NCBI GenBank assembly: GCA_963668355.1
Contig: OY764265.1
Span: forward strand, 2,016,001-2,080,000
Length of the DNA: 64,000 nt
Origin: Bdellovibrionota bacterium
Lineage (GTDB): Bacteria > Bdellovibrionota_G > JALEGL01 > DATDPG01
Direction of reading: 5' to 3'
Below are positions 49,201 to 59,615 of this stretch, in pieces. Every line of letters begins with the position of its first letter. Positions within the stretch are counted from its first letter, which is position 1. The position numbers and the translations under genes are program-made. The notes below the pieces were generated by a model that saw nothing but the letters and a program-made list of their open reading frames with translations, was not told where the DNA came from and ran no database searches.

Positions 49201-50223
49201 TTAGTCGTGTTTTCTGATTTCCGACGAAAGCGCCACGCGAGAAATGGCCAATCCTACTTTTTCCGCAGTCCATCGAACGACGTCAAAATGGGGCTCTGGA
49301 GAAGGGGAGGCGGGAGAGTTAAGTCCCATCCACAAGCCGATGGTCGTTCCAAAAGAGCGTAGCGGGAAAACATGTAGTTGGTCCTCTTCGGAAAGATGAA
49401 GATGTTCAAATAGCTCGAACTCTTGGGCGTTTTTGGGTAGCTGTCCATGAAACTCGTTTCGCTCATCGATGATGGGGGCAAAGAGTTTGGCATTTTTTTT
49501 GGGAAGCGAAGTTTCAGCAAAAAGAAGCGCATGTGTGGGAAGCCCACGAACCAACCATCCTTCGATTTGCATACCATTTACGAGAAACAGAGCCTGCCGA
49601 GGAAAAATTCTCCAGACGAACTCCATTCCATAGTCCACAACTTCTTTCGGAGTATTCGCGTTTAGCATCGACGCGAGAAAGCTGTCGACGGAAGTTTTTT
49701 CGCAATTCGGACAGGGAAACTCGATGGCCCCAGGGACCTCCCACAAAAGGTCGTGTCCTTGTGAAGCAGATTCTCTCTGGTCTGCGCCGCAGGCCCAGTC
49801 TCGTGAGATGTTGAAGTAGCGTTCCATGGCGGCTGAAATCCAAATTTCAGGTGCGATGACGGTGCTTACGGGAAGGTGAACCAAGTTTTGAAGTCGTTCG
49901 ATGATGGCTTCCGAAAGGGGGGCTCCCACGGCCACAATTAATTCCTGGGCTTTCTTTAAGGGCACAATCGAATGCATTTCAACAAATTCGGGAAGAACCA
50001 ACTCGGTTACATCGGAATCGATATGTTCAAAATCTTTCCACTGAGCACATGGCAGATCAAATTGCGTGGCCAACCCCTGGGCCAAGTCTCGATCTGAAAT
50101 GCAATTGAGGGCAACCAAGTTGGTCCCCAGTTTCCCCCCGCGTCTTTTTTGCGCCTTCAAGGCTTTTTCGACATCTACTTCTGTAATGATACCTTGGCTA
50201 ACCAGGAGTTCTCCGATTTTCAT
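49201..50223 (-). CDS. MshEN (GspE N-terminal) domain protein without ATPase
   Basis: KIGELLVSQGII..ALKAQ..KLGTNLV tandem motif. No Walker A. Confidence 0.8.
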   Translation of the reverse strand: MKIGELLVSQGIITEVDVEKALKAQKRRGGKLGTNLVALNCISDRDLAQGLATQFDLPCAQWKDFEHIDSDVTELVLPEFVEMHSIVPLKKAQELIVAVGAPLSEAIIERLQNLVHLPVSTVIAPEIWISAAMERYFNISRDWACGADQRESASQGHDLLWEVPGAIEFPCPNCEKTSVDSFLASMLNANTPKEVVDYGMEFVWRIFPRQALFLVNGMQIEGWLVRGLPTHALLFAETSLPKKNAKLFAPIIDERNEFHGQLPKNAQEFELFEHLHLSEEDQLHVFPLRSFGTTIGLWMGLNSPASPSPEPHFDVVRWTAEKVGLAISRVALSSEIRKHD

Positions 50224-50354
50224 AACTTTTCTAGAATACCCATTGAGACCTCGAACGAACAGTTTATTGAGTTGCCCGTTGTAAACTCTTCGAAAGTTAC
50301 AACTTTTTCAAAGTAGACGATCTTGGGCGTTCTTCCCTTTTTTTTTCGTGATGT

Positions 50355-51644
50355 CTAAGAAGAAAGGCTTTTGGTGATCAGCGCGGGGAGTTGAAGAGGT
50401 GCGACTGAAATGCGGACCTTCCATCCATTTCCGGGAGCCACTTCAATCCGATTTCCTTTTTGATCCAAGAGCTCATCCACAAGAAGGTTTTGTGAAGTCT
50501 TTGGAGAGATGATTTCGATTCGATCTCCCTTTTCAAAGCGATTTTTCACGTCGATGGTCGCCAACCCACGAGATGAGTCGTAGTCTATAACCTCCCCCAC
50601 AAAAACGTGCGATTGAGGTGTGGAGGCGCTGGAGCTATACGCCTGGAAATCAGCGTGTGGTTTTCGTTCGTAGAATCCGCCTGTGTATCCACGATTGGCG
50701 AGTTTACCCAAGTCTTGAAAAATCGACGGATCCATGGGTTTCCCAAGTGCGGCGTCGTCAATGGCCTTTCGGTAGGCACGGGCGGTTCGGGCAACATAAT
50801 AGATCGACTTGGTTCGACCTTCGATCTTCAAAGAATCAACCCCAATGTTCATAAGGCGTTCGACATGTTCGAGCGCACACAGATCCCGAGAGTTCATGAT
50901 GTAAGTGCCTTGGTCATCTTCATACATGGTCATGAATTCGCCCGGTCGTTCCTTTTCCTCCAAAAGCCAAGGTTCATCCGCAGCTGAATGGCGAAGGTTC
51001 TGTGCTGGATCTTCTGAAGTGGGGGATGCCTTGACACGATATTCCCATCGACACGCATTTGTGCAGATTCCCTGATTCGCATCTCGGTTGGACATGTAGC
51101 CGGACAATAAACAGCGTCCCGAGTAAGCGACGCAAAGAGCTCCATGAACAAAAACCTCTAACTCCATATCTGGACAAGCTTGTCGAATTTCTTCTACTTC
51201 ACTTAGCGTGAGTTCTCGGGAAAGAATGATTCTTTTAAGTCCTTGCTTTTGCCAAAACTTCACAGAAGCCGCGTTCACGGTGTTGGATTGTACGGACAGA
51301 TGGATGGGCAGTTCAGGCCATTCTTCTCGGACCATCATAATAAGGCCAGGATCAGCCATGATCATGGCATCGGGTTTTAGCTCCACAAACGGTTTAACAT
51401 CTTTCATGAAGCTTCGAAGTTTTGAACCATGAGGGAAAAGATTACAGGTTAGAAAAAACAATTTCCCCAACTCATGAGCGCGAACGATTCCTTTTTGAAT
51501 ATTGTTACGATCAAATGTGTTGTTCCGAGCCCGAAGGCTATAGCGAGGAAGGCCCGCGTAGACTGCATCTGCACCGAAGGCAAATGCATACTCCATGTGG
51601 GCGGGTGTTCCGGCAGGAGAAAGTAGTTCTGGTTTTTTGATCAT
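50355..51644 (-). CDS. trhP: Peptidase U32 family tRNA hydroxylation protein
   Basis: PELLSPAG, YAGLPRYSLR, HGALCVAYSGRC, NQGICTNACRW and LKIEGRTK. Confidence 0.88.
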   Translation of the reverse strand: MIKKPELLSPAGTPAHMEYAFAFGADAVYAGLPRYSLRARNNTFDRNNIQKGIVRAHELGKLFFLTCNLFPHGSKLRSFMKDVKPFVELKPDAMIMADPGLIMMVREEWPELPIHLSVQSNTVNAASVKFWQKQGLKRIILSRELTLSEVEEIRQACPDMELEVFVHGALCVAYSGRCLLSGYMSNRDANQGICTNACRWEYRVKASPTSEDPAQNLRHSAADEPWLLEEKERPGEFMTMYEDDQGTYIMNSRDLCALEHVERLMNIGVDSLKIEGRTKSIYYVARTARAYRKAIDDAALGKPMDPSIFQDLGKLANRGYTGGFYERKPHADFQAYSSSASTPQSHVFVGEVIDYDSSRGLATIDVKNRFEKGDRIEIISPKTSQNLLVDELLDQKGNRIEVAPGNGWKVRISVAPLQLPALITKSLSS

Positions 51645-51687
51645 GAGGTGTAGAAAGTCCTATCAGAGCCAGAAAGGGGATTCCAGT

Positions 51688-54447
51688 TTACGGTAAAATG
51701 AGTTGGAGCATGTCCAGTCTAAGTTCTGCTTTTTCACTGGTTTCCAAAAGGGCGCGCTTCCGATCTTTAAAGAATTGAATTTCTTCCTCCCGGACTAAAT
51801 CATTTTTTTCTCTTAGGTTTTTCAACCTTTGAATTTCGTCTTCCATGGCTTTTTTCATTTTGATTTCGAGGTCAAGGCGTGTCTCTTTAGCTTCGACCTC
51901 GGCTAGTTCTTTGGCCCGAGAAAAAAGCGCTTTTAATGCGGATTGGGGAACTTTCTTAATTTCTTGGATTCGTTGCTTGGGAGCCGCACGTAGCGCGTGA
52001 TGTAGTTTCGTGCGTGGCCAGTTTGGCGTGATGCTTTCCCCCCGAGCATCTAAGACCACACGAAAAAGGGTTGGAGGAAAAAACTCATGCGGGTGATGAT
52101 GCTTGGGGCCCACAAAATTTAGAATGAATTGAGCTTCCAGTGCAGGGGGTTGATTCAAAGGTCGTTTTTTCCAGGTTGAGACAGCGGTGTTTCCCAATTC
52201 CTGACCAAGAATGAAGTCGAAAATTCCCTGAATCATGGGATGGTCCCACGACATGAGGTGCACGTCTTCTCGCTTGAGGGCGAGTTCCCGATTGCACGTG
52301 AACTGGAGTCCCTGAGAAGGAAGTTCGGGAAAATGCTCTACGTACATATGGTCGCTGGGCTGGATGAAGGTGGTGTCTTCCGTGAGCTCTTCTTCGCTGA
52401 CGCCCATGGCATCAAAAACAGAAGATAAAAAGGCTTTGAGTGTTTCAGGCCGCTCAGTATCGTGAATCGTTTTTAGAAGAGCGGCTGATTTTTCCTTGTC
52501 AAAAGAATTGATTTCAGAAAGCCGATCTCTTCCTTCTTCTACCATTTTCTTAGCTTTTTGGTATTCGACTTTGGTTTCTTCAATCAGTTCATCGAGGATC
52601 GTTTGATGATCCGATGAGGCATTGTAGTTATCTCGGATGAAATCGATTTTTGTTTCCAATCTTTCGGCGACGACGCGAGCTCCCTTAGGAATTTCTTGAA
52701 ATGCATTGAATCCTTCGTGAACCCAACGAAACCATGCTTCTTCTTTGGAGGAACGTATGAAAGGAATATGGATGTTGATGTTGTCCGCTTGGCCAATTCG
52801 ATCGAGACGTCCAATGCGTTGTTCCAAAAGATCCAAATCAGGTGGCAGGTCAAATAAGACCAAGTCTTGAGAAAATTGAAAGTTGCGACCTTCGCTTCCG
52901 ATTTCCGAACAAAGCAGGACCTGGGCACCTTCCGGATCTGCAAAATAGGTTGCATTTCGATCTCGTTCCATGAGGGTTAGATCACTGTGGAAAGCAGCTA
53001 CCTTGATGGAAGGCGTTTCTCGCATTTTTTCCTGAATCGTCAGAACCGTTTCTTTATCGTGACAAATGAGAAGAACTTTCTTCTCTTTTTTCGATTTGAG
53101 AAAATCAACCAACCAGGCATGCTTTGTCGTTAAGTCGTCTGTGTCCTGAGGATCCAGGGGATAAGGTAAGGCGGATCTCTGGGGAAAAGAAAGCTCAGCA
53201 GAAGCAGCGGAAGCTCGTGAATTTCGGAACAATACGCGACCCGTTCCGAAACGATCGACAAGCTCTTGGATGAGTTGACGTTGACCATCCTCCGATTCTA
53301 GGGAGTTCGCGATACGTGTTTGAAGGATCTTTTCAATCTCCAAGGCGAGACTTTCGAGATCTTTCTTCTCAAGACCGGAGCAATTTAAGATTCGATCAGC
53401 CAGCTTCACAACAGATTGGTACGCCTCAGCTTCTCTTTGAAATTCCTCGTAAGAATGAAAGCGATTGGCATCCAGAAGGTGAAGTCGAGCGAAATGACCT
53501 TCGGGACCAAGTTGCTCCGGAGTTGCAGTTAAGAGGAGGAGACCGGGAACGCGTGCGGCAAGGTTCTCGATGAGTTCAAATTCAGGACTGACCTTCTCCG
53601 GCGTCCATTTGAGCCGGTGGGCTTCGTCGACGATGAGAAGGTCCCAAGGGGAGCTAAGAGCGGATTGTCTGGCGGGCTCGAAATTCGATAGCAGGTCCAG
53701 ACTCATGATATGCGTTTGTTTTTCTTCAAAAGGGTTCTGGTCGTTTTCAAAATCTGATGGTGTGCTCAAGACTCCAAAGGAAAGATTAAACCGGCGGTAC
53801 ATTTCCACAAACCACTGGTGGGTCAAGGAATGAGGTACGACAATCAATACGCGAGATGCTTTTCCGGTCAAAAGAAGACGATGGAGAATGAATCCGGCCT
53901 CGATCGTTTTCCCCAGTCCCACTTCGTCGGCCAAAAGAACGCGAGGAAACGCTCGTTTTGTGACTTCGGAAGCAACATATAGCTGATGGGGTAGAAGTGC
54001 AGCTCGAGGTCCCATAAAACCCACGGCCTTGGACCCTAGAATGGAATGTTGGAGAAGGAGGGCTTTTTGTCGCAGTTGATAGAGCGACCAAGGATCGACG
54101 GTGCCGTTGAGAAGACGGTCTTCCGGACGACTAAAACTCAACTCGGTCGCCAACTGACTTTCGGGAATGGTTTTTCCCTCTCCCATATAAATGGTGAGTC
54201 CATCCACCACTTCGATATGTTCTACATGAAGACGTTCTCCAGATTGCGTGGAAATTCGGTCTCCCACTTTGAACTGGACGCGTTGAATGGGCGCCATGGA
54301 CATTCCGTACGTTCGCATTTTTCCACTTGCTGGAAAGAGAATGGAGATCGTACGGGCCTGAAGTTCTGAGATGAACCCAAGTCCAAGCTCGGGCTCGGCT
54401 TGGCTCATCCAGCATTGTCCAATGGCCATTTGAGGTTTCATATTCAA
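51688..54447 (-). CDS. rapA: RNA polymerase-associated SNF2 ATPase RapA
   Basis: GQCWMSQAEPELGLG, LADEVGLGKT, DEAH, CSEIGSEGRNFQ and EQRIGRLDRIGQ. Confidence 0.93.
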   Translation of the reverse strand: MNMKPQMAIGQCWMSQAEPELGLGFISELQARTISILFPASGKMRTYGMSMAPIQRVQFKVGDRISTQSGERLHVEHIEVVDGLTIYMGEGKTIPESQLATELSFSRPEDRLLNGTVDPWSLYQLRQKALLLQHSILGSKAVGFMGPRAALLPHQLYVASEVTKRAFPRVLLADEVGLGKTIEAGFILHRLLLTGKASRVLIVVPHSLTHQWFVEMYRRFNLSFGVLSTPSDFENDQNPFEEKQTHIMSLDLLSNFEPARQSALSSPWDLLIVDEAHRLKWTPEKVSPEFELIENLAARVPGLLLLTATPEQLGPEGHFARLHLLDANRFHSYEEFQREAEAYQSVVKLADRILNCSGLEKKDLESLALEIEKILQTRIANSLESEDGQRQLIQELVDRFGTGRVLFRNSRASAASAELSFPQRSALPYPLDPQDTDDLTTKHAWLVDFLKSKKEKKVLLICHDKETVLTIQEKMRETPSIKVAAFHSDLTLMERDRNATYFADPEGAQVLLCSEIGSEGRNFQFSQDLVLFDLPPDLDLLEQRIGRLDRIGQADNINIHIPFIRSSKEEAWFRWVHEGFNAFQEIPKGARVVAERLETKIDFIRDNYNASSDHQTILDELIEETKVEYQKAKKMVEEGRDRLSEINSFDKEKSAALLKTIHDTERPETLKAFLSSVFDAMGVSEEELTEDTTFIQPSDHMYVEHFPELPSQGLQFTCNRELALKREDVHLMSWDHPMIQGIFDFILGQELGNTAVSTWKKRPLNQPPALEAQFILNFVGPKHHHPHEFFPPTLFRVVLDARGESITPNWPRTKLHHALRAAPKQRIQEIKKVPQSALKALFSRAKELAEVEAKETRLDLEIKMKKAMEDEIQRLKNLREKNDLVREEEIQFFKDRKRALLETSEKAELRLDMLQLILP

Positions 54448-54490
54448 TTCGTATTCAAAAAGTTTGGCCTTCTAACACACCTCTTCCCTT

Positions 54491-54518
54491 TCTAAAAGGG
54501 GTCAGGTCCCCTTTTAGA
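54491..54518. repeat. Palindromic hairpin (terminator or REP-like)
   Basis: TCTAAAAGGGG-TCAGGT-CCCCTTTTAGA between purC and rapA. Confidence 0.6.
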
Positions 54519-54554
54519 TATTCTTTCTGTGATTGGTTTTGCGACGGAAGTTGT

Positions 54555-55451
54555 TCAGAAGTTGGGGGCTTTTCCCGTAATTCGTTCGAAAGCCTCCAAA
54601 TACTTTTCTCCGGTCTTTTGAACAATTTCCACAGGTAGTTCAGGACCCGGAGGTTGTTTGTCGAATTTGATTTCCTCGAGAAAGTCCCGAACAAATTGCT
54701 TGTCAAAGGAAGGAGGGGAAATCCCTTCTTTGTATTGGTCTTGGGGCCAATAGCGGGATGAGTCGGGTGTGAGAACTTCATCGATCAGAACGATCTCTCC
54801 ATCAATGAGACCAAACTCAAATTTCGTATCCGCTAGAATCAGTCCCTTGGTTTCCGCAAAATCGGCACCTTTCTTATAAATGGAAAGTGTGATTTCTCTT
54901 AGGGCCTGGGCCTTTTCCGCCCCGACCGTTTGAACCATGGTCTCAAAATCAATATTTTCATCATGGTCACCCATTTTAGCTTTTGTTGCGGGAGTGAAAA
55001 TCGGGGTTTCAAATTTGGCGGCCTGCTTTAAGCCTTCAGGTAATTGAATTCCACATACGGAACCCGTTTTTTGATAGTCTTTCCAGCCGCTTCCAATGAT
55101 GTATCCACGTGCGACACATTCCACAGGGAAGGGGTTGGCTTTTTTTACCAGCATGGATCGATCTCGAAGTTGGTCTTTGTAAGGAGAAATTTCTTCAGGC
55201 ATTTCGTCCACATCACAGGTGATCATGTGGTGGTTTACCTTAAGAAAATTGAACCAGAACTCGGAAAGCCGGTTTAAAACTTTCCCTTTAAACGGAATTC
55301 CATTGGGCATGACGACATCGAAGGCGCTGATTCGATCGGTGGTCACAATGAGAAGATGCTTACCGACATCGTAAATGTCTCGTACCTTACCCCGTGAGAC
55401 TCGGTTCAATGTTGGGCAGTTGGACTCCCATAAAATGGCTTCTTGATTCAT
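54555..55451 (-). CDS. purC: SAICAR synthetase
   Basis: RGKVRDIY, TDRISAFDVV, ADTKFEFG, DEVLTPDSSR and SFDKQFVRD. Confidence 0.97.
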   Translation of the reverse strand: MNQEAILWESNCPTLNRVSRGKVRDIYDVGKHLLIVTTDRISAFDVVMPNGIPFKGKVLNRLSEFWFNFLKVNHHMITCDVDEMPEEISPYKDQLRDRSMLVKKANPFPVECVARGYIIGSGWKDYQKTGSVCGIQLPEGLKQAAKFETPIFTPATKAKMGDHDENIDFETMVQTVGAEKAQALREITLSIYKKGADFAETKGLILADTKFEFGLIDGEIVLIDEVLTPDSSRYWPQDQYKEGISPPSFDKQFVRDFLEEIKFDKQPPGPELPVEIVQKTGEKYLEAFERITGKAPNF

Positions 55452-55617
55452 TCAATATCTCCCAGGAATTCGAATTTTTTTGAAGCGTGATCAAACCCAA
55501 AGCGCTAGCAAATGTCCACCCGTTTTCCGAATGGATACGCCGTTTTAGGAGGCCTTTTGAGAAATTTGACGCATATGCAGCATTTTGATATTTAAAGATC
55601 CGTTAAAGGGGGAAATC

Positions 55618-56943
55618 ATGAAACACATTCACCGTTCGTGGTGTGCTTTCTTGGCTTTGACATGTGCGTGTGTCATGGCCTTTCCGATGCCTGCTCGTTC
55701 TCAGGCTGCGAGGAACTACATCCAACTGGCTCAGGAAGCGGCCCCGGTGGCTCGAAACTTGGCGCCGGTGGTTTTAACGATTCTTCCGGCCGCCTATGGA
55801 ACGGTTGAAGTGACAGCCCTCGCGACGGCTGGAGGTTTGTTGGCGACGGGGTGGGTTGCCTTACCCATCATGGCTGTAGGCGCCTTGGTCATTGCCATCG
55901 TTTTACCCTCTCCCGATCCTCCACCTCTACGACTCGATTTGAATACGTTTCCCTACCCTCCAGGGTATTTTGATGAAGTTCCCATGTTGTTGATTATGCC
56001 GGATGGAAGCATGGTGTGGAAAAATGAAGAAGGGGGCGTTAAGCCCGTGGATCGCGTTCTAGATATCACGCCAAGTTTCATGTTCGATCTCAAAGGAAAT
56101 CTGGGCGTTCCGTTGGCGCAAGATGCATTTCCCTCCTTGGATATGCATGATTGGTTAATCGATCCTCAAGAGAATTTTGAAATATTGGCCTACCTGGATT
56201 CCAAAGCCCAAAAATCGTCTTCCGCGGTAAAAGAGGCCGAAAAAGATGAAGGGGCAAAGGAAGAAACGGATGACGAGAATGAACTCGTGGTTCGATATGG
56301 CATCTGGAGTTTATCCATCCGATCCGATTGGCTTGAGATGGCTTTTCTTTCGCTGACGAGCACAGACCAGACTCGGTTGGGGGATAATTATTTTCGTTTG
56401 AATGAACTGGTCAAGAAGTTGACCCGCATTTATCAACAGAGCCCCTCGGACGAGTTTGGGAGAAGAAGAGTCATGGGGGATATTATTGAAACCTCCAGAC
56501 AGATTCGAATGCAAACCAAATTTCTGGTGGAGTCCGATTTGGCGGTGAACACCCTTTGGTACGAACTGGAAAATTTTGAGAGAGCCATTGAGAACTTTCC
56601 CCCTGAGAAACCGAATCCACACGAATACGTAAAAGCCTCGGTGGATTATTTTTGGATCCGCCTTCAACTTTTTACGAAAATGATGGTCTGGGCCACGGTG
56701 GGAGCGGATGAGGAAACGGTGGGCGTGATGCATCGCTGGCTGGGGGAAGTCACGGCCATATATAATGATATTCGTTCTTCGCAGGGCCCTCCTTGGGTGC
56801 TGCTTGCAAAAGTAAATGAAGTTTGGGCGCCAGCCCTCCTTAAGGTGACGGAAAAGACAGAGTCTCGAGTTCCGTTTGAATGTGACACGCTGAACCGACT
56901 TTTGGAGGAATATATAAGCTTTGTTCGCCCGTATGTTCGGTGA
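55618..56943 (+). CDS. Secreted/membrane hypothetical protein
   Basis: SD AGGGGG, signal peptide and an Ala/Val-rich hydrophobic segment. No recognised motif. Confidence 0.6.
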   Translation: MKHIHRSWCAFLALTCACVMAFPMPARSQAARNYIQLAQEAAPVARNLAPVVLTILPAAYGTVEVTALATAGGLLATGWVALPIMAVGALVIAIVLPSPDPPPLRLDLNTFPYPPGYFDEVPMLLIMPDGSMVWKNEEGGVKPVDRVLDITPSFMFDLKGNLGVPLAQDAFPSLDMHDWLIDPQENFEILAYLDSKAQKSSSAVKEAEKDEGAKEETDDENELVVRYGIWSLSIRSDWLEMAFLSLTSTDQTRLGDNYFRLNELVKKLTRIYQQSPSDEFGRRRVMGDIIETSRQIRMQTKFLVESDLAVNTLWYELENFERAIENFPPEKPNPHEYVKASVDYFWIRLQLFTKMMVWATVGADEETVGVMHRWLGEVTAIYNDIRSSQGPPWVLLAKVNEVWAPALLKVTEKTESRVPFECDTLNRLLEEYISFVRPYVR

Positions 56944-56987
56944 TTAAATTTTTGGTGGTTTCGTTGTAAAGTGTCCAGGCAGCGAAG

Positions 56988-57419
56988 ATGTCTAGACCTC
57001 AATTGGAAATATTCGATCGTCGAGCGGAGAAACGACGAGAAACTTCGAAAATCATGAAGCAACTCCGAAAGGATGCGGAGCGCATCGCGAAGCATTTTCA
57101 TCTGAATTATAAAGAGCTAAAAGCCGAACGTGGCGATGTCTTGGGACATTATGGCGTGTGTTACAGCGACGGGACTATCCGAATTCGGCTGCGCCACGCG
57201 GTTTCGGGAAAGCCCCTTCGATATTCGAGTTTGATTGATACGCTTTGTCATGAATTGGCGCATCTGAAATACTTTAATCATGGTGAGTCATTCAAACGGT
57301 TTCATCTCTCCATTCTCACGTATGCTCGGCAAACGGGGATTTATCGCCCCAAGAAACCCAAAGTGAAGAATTTTGATGCTTCCCAAACTGCCTCTCAAGG
57401 TTCCTTGTTCAATCCTTGA
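56988..57419 (+). CDS. Small zinc metallopeptidase (YgjP/SprT/WLM-like)
   Basis: LCHELAHLKYFNHGESF (HExxH) and YGVC. Confidence 0.75.
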   Translation: MSRPQLEIFDRRAEKRRETSKIMKQLRKDAERIAKHFHLNYKELKAERGDVLGHYGVCYSDGTIRIRLRHAVSGKPLRYSSLIDTLCHELAHLKYFNHGESFKRFHLSILTYARQTGIYRPKKPKVKNFDASQTASQGSLFNP

Positions 57420-57483
57420 TCTGCCAGATTTCTTGAAAAAGAAAGGAATAGTGGATACAGGGGCTCCAAAATAGGAGAAACGA

Positions 57484-58686
57484 ATGACGAAAACTGCCGA
57501 ACTGATTGAGTTGAATGAAACCTATGGTGCACATAACTATCATCCATTACCTGTCGTATTGTCAGAAGGACAAGGCGTTTGGGTTACGGATGTTGAAGGT
57601 AAGAAATATTTAGACTTTTTGTCGGCTTACTCTGCGGTTAATCAAGGACACCGTCATCCAAAAATCATTGAGGCTCTGGTGAAGCAGGCCAATAAGCTGA
57701 CACTGACCTCACGCGCTTTTCACAATGATCAATTGGGTGCGTTCTTAAAGCGTCTTTGTGAGTACACGGGTTTTGAAATGGCTCTTCCCATGAATACTGG
57801 GGCGGAGGCTGTTGAAACGTCAATCAAAATGGCTCGTCGGTGGGGGACGGAAGTCAAAGGCATAGAAAATGGGAAACAGGAAATCATTGTTTGTGCCGAA
57901 AATTTTCATGGAAGGACGTCCACCATCATATCGTTCTCTTGCGATTCGGAAGCGAAAGACGGCTATGGACCCTACGCCACTGGTTTTGTGACGATTCCTT
58001 TCGGGGATGCTAAGGCGCTTAAGGAGGCCATTTCGGAAAACACCTGTGCCTTCCTCATGGAACCGATCCAAGGAGAAGCTGGGGTAAATGTTCCTCCAGA
58101 AGGATATTTGAAAGAGGTTCGGAAAATTTGTACCGAGAACAACTTGCTTTGGATTGCAGATGAAGTTCAAACCGGCTTCGCTCGATGCGGGGCCAAATTT
58201 GCCTGTGATCTAGAACAGGTGCGCCCGGACGCTTTTTGTCTGGGAAAAGCCCTGGGTGGGGGAGTCTTCCCGGTATCTGCTGTGGTTGCTGACAAAAAGA
58301 TCATGAATGTGTTCACGCCAAACTCTCATGGATCGACTTTTGGGGGTAATCCTTTGGCATGTGCTGTGGCGATGGCTTCAATCGATGTGTTAGAGGAAGA
58401 AAACTTGGTTTCTCGAGCCCTTGAATTGGGTCAATATCTTCGAGAGGAATTAAGCAAGATTGATTGTAAGAAAATCGTGCAGATTCGAGGACGTGGTTTG
58501 CTGAATGCCGTTGTTTTCGAAAAAGATTTTCAAGCCTGGGACACGTGTGTGGCTCTTAAGGAGAAGGGGTTGCTCGCAAAACAAACGCATGGAAACATCA
58601 TTCGTTTTGCGCCTCCACTCGTGATTTCCAAGGATGAACTGGACCAAGCGTTGAAGATCATACGAGACGTATTTGAAGCCATTTAG
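57484..58686 (+). CDS. rocD: Ornithine--oxo-acid aminotransferase
   Basis: GAHNYHPLPVV, LSAYSAVNQGH, EPIQGEAG, DEVQTG, LGKALGGG and HGSTFGGNPL. Confidence 0.95.
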   Translation: MTKTAELIELNETYGAHNYHPLPVVLSEGQGVWVTDVEGKKYLDFLSAYSAVNQGHRHPKIIEALVKQANKLTLTSRAFHNDQLGAFLKRLCEYTGFEMALPMNTGAEAVETSIKMARRWGTEVKGIENGKQEIIVCAENFHGRTSTIISFSCDSEAKDGYGPYATGFVTIPFGDAKALKEAISENTCAFLMEPIQGEAGVNVPPEGYLKEVRKICTENNLLWIADEVQTGFARCGAKFACDLEQVRPDAFCLGKALGGGVFPVSAVVADKKIMNVFTPNSHGSTFGGNPLACAVAMASIDVLEEENLVSRALELGQYLREELSKIDCKKIVQIRGRGLLNAVVFEKDFQAWDTCVALKEKGLLAKQTHGNIIRFAPPLVISKDELDQALKIIRDVFEAI

Positions 58687-58742
58687 AAGCTTCAAAAAAC
58701 AATCGTTATCAACGAATTTTCGCGGACCAAAATCGAAAAAAT

Positions 58743-59261
58743 TTACAAAGCCGGGGATGCGTATGCAGCTTTTGCCGAACGCATTTCGTATAGGCGATGA
58801 CCAAGACACAAAACGGGTGTCCATATCATGTTGCCCAGCAACGTCATTTTGAAAAAGGGCAGGGCCATCAGGTAACATTGAAAGAGGCCCTCTAGTGTTG
58901 GCGGATACATAAAGCCTTGCATCCACACACCAAAATTGGAAATAAGGTAGAAGAGACACGCTCCCACAAAAGCTGCGATGAAGCTTCCCCCCTTTTTTTG
59001 ACGGAGCCAACGACCTAGAAACATCTGAAGAATGAATGCTCCGTAGACGAAGAGGGAAATGAATCCGAGGAACGGATATCCGTACATTTGAGAAAGTACA
59101 AGATCGCTGACGATCAGAGCTGCCAGCGTTGTGAGAAGCGCCATTTTTTTGGACAGGGTTCGTCCCGATACGATGGCTACGGCCCCCATTGGAGCTAGAT
59201 TGGGAAAATGGGGAATTGCGCGAACAAGCGTGACGAATAAAACGGCGAACAATGATCTCAT
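58743..59261 (-). CDS. Putative cobalamin transporter (ECF S-component-like, DUF6580-like)
   Basis: RAIPHFPNLAPMGA, FYLISNFGVW and CYLMALPF. Located downstream of a B12 riboswitch. Confidence 0.75.
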   Translation of the reverse strand: MRSLFAVLFVTLVRAIPHFPNLAPMGAVAIVSGRTLSKKMALLTTLAALIVSDLVLSQMYGYPFLGFISLFVYGAFILQMFLGRWLRQKKGGSFIAAFVGACLFYLISNFGVWMQGFMYPPTLEGLFQCYLMALPFFKMTLLGNMIWTPVLCLGHRLYEMRSAKAAYASPAL

Positions 59262-59289
59262 GTTTCTCCTCCTCGGGATTGATCAGGTC

Positions 59290-59380
59290 TAGAGAGTATT
59301 CGGGCTTGTAGAACCTTCCTACTTACCGTTGCGGGACAGCACCGGATTTTCACCGGATTTCCCTCGTCTCGACCCAGATA
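59290..59380 (-). ncRNA. Cobalamin riboswitch (short form)
   Basis: Minus strand reads AGGGAA-ATCCGGTGAAAATCCGG-TGCTGTCCCGCAACGGTAA...AAGCCCGAATAC, the B12-box core motifs. Confidence 0.9.
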
Positions 59381-59560
59381 ACTGTAATGATTCGATTATT
59401 CCTTTCATGCTTCGAGGGTTCCGTCAAGAGAATGGATGTTTTCAGGTGGAAAGGCGCAAGCGGATTGGAAAAACGCTGAAAAATGACGCAGCTTCAAGGG
59501 GTTATTCATAGATTCGGCACCCCACGAATGAAAAATACCAATAAAAACAAGAGGATAAAT

Positions 59561-59577
59561 TTGGCACACAATATGCG
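59561..59577 (+). promoter_or_regulatory. Sigma54 promoter
   Basis: TTGGCACACAATATGCG, with an IHF-like CTTCAAGGGGTTA at 59492-59504. Confidence 0.65.
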
Positions 59578-59615
59578 GATTAAGATGAGGAGCCGTGAAA
59601 AAGAAGGATGGGAAA

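Noticed and set aside
50278..50303. GTTGTAA...TTACAAC inverted repeat upstream of the MshEN gene
   Set aside because: Short and AT-rich. It cannot be distinguished from chance or assigned as an operator or terminator.
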